Shown piece after piece: positions 30,382 through 38,771 of a stretch of 64,000 bases of DNA. How positions within the stretch are numbered: position 1 is the first letter of the stretch; each line of letters opens with the position of its first letter. The stretch is from NCBI GenBank assembly GCA_965222155.1, contig CBDCTH010000004.1, positions 96,001 to 160,000 on the forward strand. Reading direction: 5' to 3'. The notes below the pieces were generated by a model. The model was not told the origin of the DNA and made no database searches. It worked only from the letters and a program-made list of their open reading frames with translations. Source of the stretch: Gammaproteobacteria bacterium. Its GTDB lineage: Bacteria; Pseudomonadota; Gammaproteobacteria; Eutrophobiales; Eutrophobiaceae. A program made the translations under genes and the position numbers.

Positions 30382-30470
30382 TGGCGGAGAGTGTGGGATT
30401 CGAACCCACGAAGGGCATTACCCTTGCCGGGTTATCAACCCGGGGCATTAAACCACTCTGCCAACTCTGG
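30382..30470 (-). tRNA. Atypical 89-nt tRNA-like gene: Ser-type body, GAT (Ile) anticodon, two terminal acceptor mismatches
   Basis: D arm GCAGAGTGGTTTAATGC; anticodon arm CCGGG-TTGATAA-CCCGG; long variable arm AAGGGT-AAT-GCCCTT; T arm GTGGG-TTCGAAT-CCCAC; ends GCCA. Confidence 0.8.
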
Positions 30471-30534
30471 AAAGAGGTATCGCTTTCCAGAGTTGGCTAT
30501 ACTCTAAGACAATGTAACTCAATCATTAAAAATA

Positions 30535-30759
30535 TCAAGTCGTACAGTCGGAGTCTGAAAATCGATAACCCTCGATCCAACAACGTCGTAAGGCGGTGCC
30601 GCCTTTAAACGCCAGTTTTTTGCGCAGTGGATGATCAGCCAAGCCGGTCAGGAACCACGCTAACATATAGTCTCGTTCGATCACAGCTTCAGGAGTACGT
30701 CGTCCGCTGTCTGTCGTCAGTGTATTTGCAATGAGTGAAATATTCCGTTGGGGGATCAT
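30535..30759 (-). pseudogene. Truncated AbiEii toxin
   Basis: IERDY.L, LAFKGGTALRRC...YRFS, then breaks before EDLDF. Confidence 0.85.
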
Positions 30760-31595
30760 CAGCCGAGTCTCACGGTATTCAGTTCTTCCGGGGATACATT
30801 TAATTGAAGTCGCCAACGTGAAAAATACTGTCCACCCGCTGGTAACACCGGATCGAGGCGCTGATACGTATTTGTTAACATTGAGCGCAGGTATTCAAGC
30901 GTGTCGGCATTGGTCAATTCATAGAACTCAAGTAAGTACCCAAGCCGACGTACTACTGCACCGACGCCGAGACGCTCCGCATATTCCAACAAACGTTCCA
31001 CGTTCAGTGAATCACGCTTCATCCACATACCTTTACCCACCTCCGTGATTCCACCGACATGGGCAGGGTGACGCAAACTATCAATGACGGTACGCTCCAA
31101 GTCACTGATCATCACAAACCGTTGTCCATCCACCCAGTGTTTCATTGTCCCGAATGTTTTAGCTTCGCTGACATGAATGAATTTGAACGGGTAGCCGCCA
31201 ACTGTTTGAGGGCGTATCCTTTTTGCACATGACACATACATGGTCAAAATCGGCTGTGTCACCATGCGATGGAACTCAAACGCTGTGCCGTGGGACAGGA
31301 AGTACCGATTTGCCCCCACCATTTCATGGGCTATCAGGTAGGGGCTATCGACATGTTCATGCGCTCGACCCATTTGAAATGGAACCAGGTTATACAAACC
31401 TGGTTTGAGCCGTGTCACAAGACCCCGCCGCTCTGCCTTATGTACCAGGTTGCGGGCGGCAGCCGGTGACAGGCCAGTGATGGATTCCACGTCTGCCAGC
31501 ATGAACGTCGACCGACGCCGTTCATTCAAGTCAGTAAACAGTTGTGCGGCCCGCGGTCCCAGCGTCTTAAATGTAGACTTATATTTTAAACCCAT
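30759..31595 (-). CDS. AbiEi-type (type IV TA) antitoxin/transcriptional regulator
   Basis: N-terminal wHTH RLKPGLY, SDLERTVID, RRLGYLLE; coupled to AbiEii. Confidence 0.85.
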   Translation of the reverse strand: MGLKYKSTFKTLGPRAAQLFTDLNERRRSTFMLADVESITGLSPAAARNLVHKAERRGLVTRLKPGLYNLVPFQMGRAHEHVDSPYLIAHEMVGANRYFLSHGTAFEFHRMVTQPILTMYVSCAKRIRPQTVGGYPFKFIHVSEAKTFGTMKHWVDGQRFVMISDLERTVIDSLRHPAHVGGITEVGKGMWMKRDSLNVERLLEYAERLGVGAVVRRLGYLLEFYELTNADTLEYLRSMLTNTYQRLDPVLPAGGQYFSRWRLQLNVSPEELNTVRLG

Positions 31596-31734
31596 TTCGT
31601 ATCTCTTATAGAAATATATTGCGCGAAAAATATAACATTAGTTATATTTAATGGCAAATATGTTTCTATAATAGAGATATTATTATCATATAATATAAAA
31701 AAATAGGGACAGACTGGAAGAAAGGGAGACAGGT

Positions 31735-33015
31735 TTAAACCTGTCCCCACAAACAGCTTATCGGCAGGGCGTATCTCCGTTCACCGAATGTCAGTTGCTG
31801 GTCGCCGAGATAAAATACAATAGAGGTGACCTGTCGACGTTTACCCGGTCCATCGCTGCCGAACCAGTCCAGGTGCTTGAAGCTTCCAGTGCCTACCGAT
31901 AATGACGCTTTGACTTCAATTGCTACCAGGTGGTTGGCGCTTTCCGCGAGTATGTCTATTTCATGACCCCTTTGATCGCGCCAGTGATAGAAGCGGAAAC
32001 TATTTTCCTGAAAGGGCGCTGCGCGGATCAACTCCGATAGGACAAAGCTTTCCATCAGACCGCCAAGAGCGGTTGGATTTGCGTCGGCATGAAAGGAATC
32101 CGGTTTCAGGTTACGTAGCGCTGAAGCGATTCCCGTATCCACAAAATGATTTTTCGAGTTCTTGATTTCGCGCCGGGTTTCACCGGATGCCCAGGCCCCA
32201 AGTCTGGTGACAATTGAGAGTTTCAAGAGAACATCAAGATACTGCTCCGTGGTTTTCCTCTGCACCCCAATAATTTCGCATAACTCTGCGATATTGAGTT
32301 CCGAACCGGTGCGAACGGCTAATTGATCGATCATGCGCCGCAGTGCATCAGTCTTGCGCACGGGCAGCAGATCTGCGATGTCTCTGTCGACCACGGCATC
32401 CACGTAATTTCGATACGCGGCTTGTCTGGGCGCTAGCGGATAGCTCCTGATTTCCGGATATCCACCGCGCAGCAGGAGATCGATATAAGCGGCGCGCGTC
32501 AACGGTTCGGCTGGGGGCAGACGCCTTAAATCGGGGGAGTTTGAGACTGCCCAATCCAGCAGACGGCACGGCGGCTGCGACCTCGTTTCAGCGATTGACA
32601 AGGGCCAGAGCTTGAGGGTCAGCACACGCCCGGCAAGAGAGTCCGCTACGTCTGCTGTCGTAAACACATTGGATGACCCGGTCAGGATGAACTGACCCTT
32701 GCGCCTGTTCGCATCGACAATCATCTTGATGGCAAGTGCGAGCTTCTTTGAGCGCTGCGCTTCATCAATGATCAGTGGCGCCTCTGCAAGATGGCTCAGA
32801 AGGCTCCCGAGCTGCCCTGAGGGATCGTCCTCTATGGCATTGAGCGTGTTCCGATCATCCAGCGTGATAAACTTGCCCACATTCAGAATGTCTCTGACGA
32901 GCGTTGTCTTTCCTGCTTGTCTCGGCCCGATAATGTTCACCACACGGGAATAAGAGAGAGCTTTTTGTAATTCGACGCTCAGGTGGCGAGGAAGAATAGG
33001 GTTGTCATTTAACAT
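31735..33015 (-). CDS. AAA_14 + DUF4143 ATPase
   Basis: GPRQAGKTT, IIDEAQ, LTGSS, GGYPE, WRD..G.EID, AIEVK. Confidence 0.9.
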   Translation of the reverse strand: MLNDNPILPRHLSVELQKALSYSRVVNIIGPRQAGKTTLVRDILNVGKFITLDDRNTLNAIEDDPSGQLGSLLSHLAEAPLIIDEAQRSKKLALAIKMIVDANRRKGQFILTGSSNVFTTADVADSLAGRVLTLKLWPLSIAETRSQPPCRLLDWAVSNSPDLRRLPPAEPLTRAAYIDLLLRGGYPEIRSYPLAPRQAAYRNYVDAVVDRDIADLLPVRKTDALRRMIDQLAVRTGSELNIAELCEIIGVQRKTTEQYLDVLLKLSIVTRLGAWASGETRREIKNSKNHFVDTGIASALRNLKPDSFHADANPTALGGLMESFVLSELIRAAPFQENSFRFYHWRDQRGHEIDILAESANHLVAIEVKASLSVGTGSFKHLDWFGSDGPGKRRQVTSIVFYLGDQQLTFGERRYALPISCLWGQV

Positions 33016-33119
33016 ACAGGGGTCGTCCCCGGTTGGTGGAATTGGTATTATATATCTGGTGAAAATGGTACTAGAAAACTGGTGAAACTGTCAATAGGGT
33101 CGATTGCTTCGAACGGATC

Positions 33120-33197
33120 GGGACAAAAAGGGACAGATTTATTTTTCAGTATAATGGTGTGGAGTCCGGGATGCCGGAGAAAAATAAATCTGTCCCC
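33120..33197. repeat. Inverted REP-like pair GGGACAGATTTATTTTTC / GAAAAATAAATCTGTCCC
   Basis: Direct reading; related palindromes at ~31725, 45890 and 57614. Confidence 0.8.
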
Positions 33198-33239
33198 ACG
33201 ATAATCACTTGTCGGTTTTCCCTGTAAGCTATGCACATT

Positions 33240-33620
33240 TCAGCGGATCAGTTCTACTGTAATACCCAAATCGAGTGCTGCCCATGCTCGGTCTGCGGTA
33301 AGAACTCTGGCCTGCTCTCGAATTGCCAGGACCAAGCAAGCACGGTCGCCAAGCGACAGGCCCGCATCCCGGGTTGCCGTTCGCATAACACCTGCTGCAA
33401 TCGCAAGGGATTCGTCAAAGGGACAAATCTCAAGACCAAAAGCCAGGAGAGACGCGCGGGCATCTTCTTCGTTTGCTCCCAGGTCAACATACCGTGCAAT
33501 AACCTCGGAGGCATTAACTGCTGATATCATCCCATCGTTCAAAGCTCGCGCCGCAACTTCGGCGCCTTCTTCCTCAAAAGTGATTACCAGCAGTGCGGAA
33601 CTATCGAAGACGATGCTCAT
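33240..33620 (-). CDS. vapC: VapC PIN toxin
   Basis: VFDSSALL, SAVNASEV, GLSLGDRACL. Confidence 0.9.
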   Translation of the reverse strand: MSIVFDSSALLVITFEEEGAEVAARALNDGMISAVNASEVIARYVDLGANEEDARASLLAFGLEICPFDESLAIAAGVMRTATRDAGLSLGDRACLVLAIREQARVLTADRAWAALDLGITVELIR

Positions 33621-34132
33621 TCCTCTCCCCACATAGTCCGTCTGTCCTTGAGGAATTGATCGACAATACTCGTTCCCGGTTTTTTGTATTTTCTCATGCG
33701 GGATTGGATTTGTTTGACCGCAATGATGGGAGAAATAATACGGAGTTCTCCTGCCTCAACGCGGGCCGTTACGCGACCATCCTCTCCCAGGAGCATCGCC
33801 TCCCGCATCTCAAAGGGAATTGAAAACCGACCGTCCGGCGCAACCCTCAGCGATTGGGGTTCGACATCGCAAGGCTTTGCAAACGATGCAGTCGCCCGAC
33901 CCGGTTGCAGTTCATACCAATCTTTCCAGTACTGGTACTGTGTGTTGGCCGTATTTGCATTACCATTCTCTGCCGTGAAACGCTCTATGACTTCACGGCG
34001 CTTTGCTGGACGACCCTTCTCACGTGTAATCTCGTCAGCAATTTCCCAGACCCGTCCGGTTTTGGTGCCAAGCCTGGGCCGGGGATATGCTACGGTCTGA
34101 GTTGTCGATAAATTTGTCATGTTTGTCTCCAT
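33617..34132 (-). CDS. AbrB/MazE-type antitoxin with an extra N-terminal domain
   Basis: C-terminal VAPDGRFSIPFEMREAM...GELRI...SIVDQFLKDRR; overlaps the vapC start. Confidence 0.8.
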   Translation of the reverse strand: METNMTNLSTTQTVAYPRPRLGTKTGRVWEIADEITREKGRPAKRREVIERFTAENGNANTANTQYQYWKDWYELQPGRATASFAKPCDVEPQSLRVAPDGRFSIPFEMREAMLLGEDGRVTARVEAGELRIISPIIAVKQIQSRMRKYKKPGTSIVDQFLKDRRTMWGEE

Positions 34133-34226
34133 GAAATATAGATTTTGTCAATATGTAACAAAATATACAGTTTATCAACTAATTGGTTCAAATATACCAG
34201 AACGATAATCATTGTAACTACCCTCC

Positions 34227-34258
34227 CGTAAATTCAGATAATAAGTGCAACACTCGAA
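34227..34258. mobile_element. Orphan IS30-type terminal repeat
   Basis: CGTAAATTCAGATAATAAGTGCAACA, nearly identical to 38469. Confidence 0.6.
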
Positions 34259-34437
34259 AGTGGATGCGATGAGCACGCAGGCTTTGTGAGAAGTACGGGT
34301 TAATACCAAAAAACAAATGGACAGTTAAAACACTTTTATATGTGGTTATAGTATACTTATTTCGATATACTATCAATAAGTGTATAATTAAGACACTTTT
34401 TAATAGTATATATGTCTACTTAATTGAGACCAACGCC

Positions 34438-34977
34438 ATGAATCAAACGAACGCTATTCAACGGTTGGCTGCCTATGACAAGAAAGGTCGGTATATTTTT
34501 ACCAAAAAGGATCTGACGAAAGTGTTTCAGGAAGATAGCGATCGAGCGCTTCAAGCGGGGCTTAAGAGGCTGGTTCAGCGAGGAGTATTAGTACGCGCCG
34601 CTAAAGGTATCTACGTTTACGCACTATCAAGAAACAAGGGCAGCGATACTTTAGAGCAAATTGCTAAAACCATCCGTAGAGGTGAGTACAACTATGTCAG
34701 TTTGGAGTCTGCCCTCTCTGAATATGGAGCAATTTCGCAAATTCCAATTGATCGCCTGACCGTCATGACTACAGGTCGAAAAGGCCAATACAAGACACCC
34801 TTCGGCGTCATTGAATTTACTCACACCAAACGTGCAGTCCCGGACATAATCAGCAATATAAACGCCGTCGGCAGGCCACTCAAAGTAGCTGGTAAATTTG
34901 AAGCATACCGGGATTTAAAACGTGTGGGACGCAATACTCACCTGGTCGACGAGAGGATATTAAATGAAGATAACTAA
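34438..34977 (+). CDS. AbiEi-like antitoxin
   Basis: wHTH LVRAAKGIY, YVSLESALSEYGAISQIP. Confidence 0.85.
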   Translation: MNQTNAIQRLAAYDKKGRYIFTKKDLTKVFQEDSDRALQAGLKRLVQRGVLVRAAKGIYVYALSRNKGSDTLEQIAKTIRRGEYNYVSLESALSEYGAISQIPIDRLTVMTTGRKGQYKTPFGVIEFTHTKRAVPDIISNINAVGRPLKVAGKFEAYRDLKRVGRNTHLVDERILNEDN

Positions 34978-35884
34978 AGAAGATTTTGCCCGGCTGGTCA
35001 ATAAAGTGATGGAAGATTCAAACGTCACACATTTACGCCCCGTCATTGAGAAGGAACTGCTTCACTATGACATCTTGTTCTGTCTGGATCAGAAAGGTTT
35101 ACTGGATAATCTGGTTTTTCAGGGTGGGACGTCACTGCGGTTATGCCACGGTGGCAACCGTTTCAGTGAAGATTTGGATTTTGCAGGTGGTAAAGACTTT
35201 TCATCAGCCATGCTTGCCGGGATGAAAAGCTGTATTGGAGATTACCTTGGCGCAAGGTATGGCTTGGCAGTCACAGTCAAAGAGCCCGCAATATTAAAAG
35301 AAGATCCAAAATATGCAGAGCTTAACATCGACAAGTGGCAAATTGCTGTCGTCACTGCACCTGATCGTAAAGATGTGCCGAAGCAGCGCATCAAGATTGA
35401 GATTGCCAACATTCCGGCCTATACCAAAGAAGCTGTTCCATTGAAGGCAAACTACGAGTTTCTTCCGGACGGATACGACGATACGCTGATCTTCGCGGAA
35501 ACACTTAATGAAGTTATGGCTGATAAATTGGTTTCGCTCGCTGCCACGCAAAAGTATGTGCGCCATCGTGATATCTGGGATTTATCATGGCTGAAACAAC
35601 AAGGGGCAACCGTGCAGCCTGACTTGGTGGAACAGAAAGTTGATGACTACCGACTCCTCAATTACCCGGATATGCTCGATAGCATAATTGCCAGGAGCCC
35701 GACCATCGTAGCCGGAACCGCATTCAAAGATGAAATGAAGCGATTCCTGCCAACGGATGTGTGTGATCGGACTCTGGATAAAGAGAAATTTGAAGGGTTC
35801 CTGATCAGTTCGATTACGGGCTTGTACAAAGAGCTTAGGCAAAAGCTGTATAACCGGCAATCAAAGCCAGAATTCTTACTATAG
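34964..35884 (+). CDS. AbiEii nucleotidyltransferase toxin
   Basis: IEKELLHYDIL, FQGGTSLRL, RFSEDLDF, RDIWD. Confidence 0.92.
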   Translation: MKITKEDFARLVNKVMEDSNVTHLRPVIEKELLHYDILFCLDQKGLLDNLVFQGGTSLRLCHGGNRFSEDLDFAGGKDFSSAMLAGMKSCIGDYLGARYGLAVTVKEPAILKEDPKYAELNIDKWQIAVVTAPDRKDVPKQRIKIEIANIPAYTKEAVPLKANYEFLPDGYDDTLIFAETLNEVMADKLVSLAATQKYVRHRDIWDLSWLKQQGATVQPDLVEQKVDDYRLLNYPDMLDSIIARSPTIVAGTAFKDEMKRFLPTDVCDRTLDKEKFEGFLISSITGLYKELRQKLYNRQSKPEFLL

Positions 35885-35999
35885 TTTTTATCCTGACCTT
35901 GTCGGCATATTGCGTTTGCCACTATGCCGCTGATCCACGGTAGACGTTGATCTTTCTCCAATAACCCGATCCACGCCAGATGAGGGGGAGAACACCACC

Positions 36000-36330
36000 A
36001 GTCTGCGGTAAGAACTCTGGCCTGCTCTCGAATTGCCAGGACCACGCGGGCACGGTCGCCAAGCGACAGGCCTGCATCCCGGGTTGCCGTTCGCATAAGA
36101 CCCGCTGCAATCGCAAGGGATCCGTCAAAAGGATAAATCTCAAGACCAAAAGCCAGGAGAGACGCGCGGGCATCATCTTCGTTTGCTCCCAGGTCAACAT
36201 ATCGCGCAATAACCTCGGAGGCATTGACCGCTGAAATCATCCCATCATTCAAAGCCCGCACCGCAACTTCGGTGCCTTCTTCCTCAAAAGTGATTGCCAG
36301 CAGTGCGGAACTATCGAAGACGATGTTCAT
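36000..36330 (-). pseudogene. 3'-truncated duplicate of vapC 33240-33620
   Basis: High DNA identity; MNIVFDSSALL...VLTAD, then diverges. Confidence 0.85.
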
Positions 36331-36337
36331 TCCTCTC

Positions 36338-36495
36338 CGCATGCGTTCAGCGGGTTTGGGGTCAATGTCGGCGTAATTGCAGAGAAAGGTCAGTACTACT
36401 TGGCGTAGGGCTTCGGCCAGAACATCGTTTGGAATCGGTGGCAGGACGCGGAAGCTGTCAGAGGGATAGAACACCCCATCGGCGACCGTGGCGTG
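36338..36495 (-). pseudogene. IS91-like (HUH) transposase internal fragment
   Basis: HATVADGVF..DSFRVLP...LAEALRQVVLTFL. Confidence 0.5.
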
Positions 36496-36641
36496 TATAA
36501 CAACTTAAGACCGGAAGTCAAATAAAAATCTGTCGTTAGCCTTAAAGCACAAGGCAAGCTCATGCATTTGGTTTATTATTTTCTTTTTGGAGAAAGTAAT
36601 ATTGAAACTCCGCCATATTGTGACCAGTAAGATCCATATAT

Positions 36642-37172
36642 TTAATTCAGCAAATACCGATTCGCGGTCAGGATTGAAATTCCTTGACCTTTGAAATCGC
36701 CGTCATGCGTAATCAATGTTAATCCTTTGACTTTGCAGAGTTCAGCAATAACCTGATCATTGAAATCAGAATCACCCGTAGAATAGGCATCAAGTAGAGT
36801 ATCTATTTTCAATTTCTCAAAGCCGCTTTCCATATGTGAACAGTGATTCATCACACGTTTGACGTCATCGGTGATTCCTTGCGCAATTGGTTTAAAATTT
36901 GGACTGTTACGAAAAGTTTTAAATTTCATGGTGGACGCAATAACTTTCCATTGCAATCTGGCGTATGTGTTAATGAATTCTGAAACGACGAGCACATCAA
37001 TATGGATATGACTTTTTGCGACGATAATACGCTTGAGCATATCTGAGTAAGTAGTAACTCGCGAATCCCCCGGTCTTTGTGGGGCATAGATATACAACTA
37101 GATATTGGCATCTAGAAACAACTGATCATTGGAGGTAAATTTGTAGCGATTCACCTCCAGCGCTTTAAGCAT
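36642..37172 (-). pseudogene. PIN domain protein with in-frame TAG at 37098-37100
   Basis: LFLDANI*LY, VVSEFIN, DFNDQVI, LITHDGDF; start overlaps the STAS gene. Confidence 0.85.
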
Positions 37173-37524
37173 CCTCCTCCAGCGTATCCCGAACTGCCTG
37201 CTCGAATCTTTGTGGGTCTTTGAAGTACAGCTTGGCCGTATCAACCACGCGTTTAAGTAGGGCTAGGTCATCGGATTCCATCTCCTCTACCCTGAGCAAA
37301 GAGCGTATTTTTTCTTCATTGAATTCCCCATATAACTGGCCGATAGCGGCATTCAAAAAGGCCGAGGTTAACGTAGTAACATTGCGGAAGGAAAGTACGA
37401 CGCCACGCTCCTGTTTAAAAACAGAGGCAAGGCGATCATAAATCTTCTGTCCATCGCCGGAAGCAACGCACAGGGAGCTTCCCACCACTTCAAAAACGGA
37501 TATAGTAAAATCTTTTTGCATCAT
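37165..37524 (-). CDS. STAS-like DUF4325 protein
   Basis: DGQKIY, VVLSFRNVTTLTSAFLNAAIGQLY. Confidence 0.85.
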   Translation of the reverse strand: MMQKDFTISVFEVVGSSLCVASGDGQKIYDRLASVFKQERGVVLSFRNVTTLTSAFLNAAIGQLYGEFNEEKIRSLLRVEEMESDDLALLKRVVDTAKLYFKDPQRFEQAVRDTLEEDA

Positions 37525-37535
37525 TAATCTCCTTC

Positions 37536-38408
37536 TTAAAAAATATCCTCGGCGGTCAGTTCGGAGGCAAGACTATAAGACTCTGTATCTGCCGTATTGA
37601 TTTCCACACTTACCACAGTCCCAGGGAATGGGTGATTTAATTTTGTGACGGCAGTTTGTCTGCCACTCCGCCGCCAATAGCCGGCATCTGACACAATTTG
37701 AATGCAGCCACCATTCAAGTCAATAAACTCACAAAGTAATTTCAACCCTAATCCACCCGGTATACCGTCACGTTTGGTTGTATTATTGCCCTGTGTAGCC
37801 CAGACAATTGCTTTCTCGGGTGACAAATTGCGCCCTGTATAGTCTTTTATATTTTGACGTATGCCGACTCCTAGGTCAGCCACCGTAAAATCGAGCCTGT
37901 CCTTATTGGGGAAAAACTGCCCACAACTGAATATCCCTAACTCAGTACGTGAATGTAGCACGGCATTACTGAATATCTCAAAAATACTCTCGCGGAATTT
38001 TTTCAGTAGTCCCGGAGACATGTCAGGCATTTCAGAACGATGTATAAACTCCTTCTCAATATAATCGGAGAAATAGCGGTCGTCATCAACATCCAACCGT
38101 TGATAAGTAATGGTTGTGCCCCAAAGATCGGGAATTTTTTCCCGTCCATAGTGACTCAGGAAACCATTTTTTGAAAGACTACGTTTGACCTTTGGCTGAA
38201 TATTGACTAAATTGACTTCGTTAAGATTTTCTCCGAGATTGTAGAGAATCGCGCCAAATACCGCACACATATTGGCGTCAAACCAAGTCGCTGCCTGCAT
38301 GTCAATCTCAATAACATCAAGAAAACACTCTTTGGTCTGCGCATGCAGGGACGCAAAGGCTTCAAAACTTTCTTGGTCGTGGTGAATCTTCCGTAGAGTA
38401 AACCTCAC
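37536..38408 (-). CDS. HATPase_c (GHKL) ATP-binding protein, anti-sigma-kinase-like
   Basis: N box EIFSNAVLH, G1 VADLGVGI, G2 GGLGL, PGTVV. Confidence 0.85.
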   Translation of the reverse strand: MRFTLRKIHHDQESFEAFASLHAQTKECFLDVIEIDMQAATWFDANMCAVFGAILYNLGENLNEVNLVNIQPKVKRSLSKNGFLSHYGREKIPDLWGTTITYQRLDVDDDRYFSDYIEKEFIHRSEMPDMSPGLLKKFRESIFEIFSNAVLHSRTELGIFSCGQFFPNKDRLDFTVADLGVGIRQNIKDYTGRNLSPEKAIVWATQGNNTTKRDGIPGGLGLKLLCEFIDLNGGCIQIVSDAGYWRRSGRQTAVTKLNHPFPGTVVSVEINTADTESYSLASELTAEDIF

Positions 38409-38468
38409 ACCGACACCTCAAAAATCGTTATAGTATCGCCACCGAAGATATTCACTATCTTAACCTCT

Positions 38469-38656
38469 CGTAAATTCAGACAATAAGTGCAACACCCGAA
38501 GAAGTCAGCCGGCTGGACTATTTCACAATTTGACTGAAACCAACTCAAGGGTGATTGCTATGCGCAAGAAATACACACAACTGACTGAGGCTGAACGATA
38601 CCACATTTATATCATGAAGAAACAAGGTTATTCCAACACCAAAATTTCCCGCGGCA
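38469..38656 (+). pseudogene. IS30 left end and first ~32 transposase codons
   Basis: TIR, then ATG 38560 MRKKYTQLTEAERYHI...GYSNTKISR; cut by the REP-like pair. Confidence 0.8.
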
Positions 38657-38760
38657 AATTCTGGGGACACAATACTTAATTCACACGATATTGGATGGGA
38701 GGGGAGAAAAGAAAGGCCTGAGTGAAATAAACGGTAATCAGGTATCGTGTCCTCAGAATT
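38657..38760. repeat. Inverted REP-like pair
   Basis: AATTCTGGGGACACAATACTTAATT ... ATCAGGTATCGTGTCCTCAGAATT. Confidence 0.75.
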
Positions 38761-38771
38761 CCCGTTCGGGA

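Noticed and set aside
30382-30470. Ordinary host tRNA-Ser used as an integration site
   Set aside because: The anticodon is GAT, the acceptor end is mismatched, and no integrase or duplicated 3' end is seen in the window. Not fully excluded.
35662-36474. 270-aa ORF as a novel fusion protein
   Set aside because: It is a chance join of an IS91-like fragment, a truncated vapC copy and antisense AbiEii sequence.
10554-37100. Amber read-through or recoding as the explanation for the in-frame TAGs
   Set aside because: Core genes here end in TAG at expected positions (44263, 55067, 59669), and the tRNA-like gene reads GAT, not CTA. Pseudogenisation is simpler.
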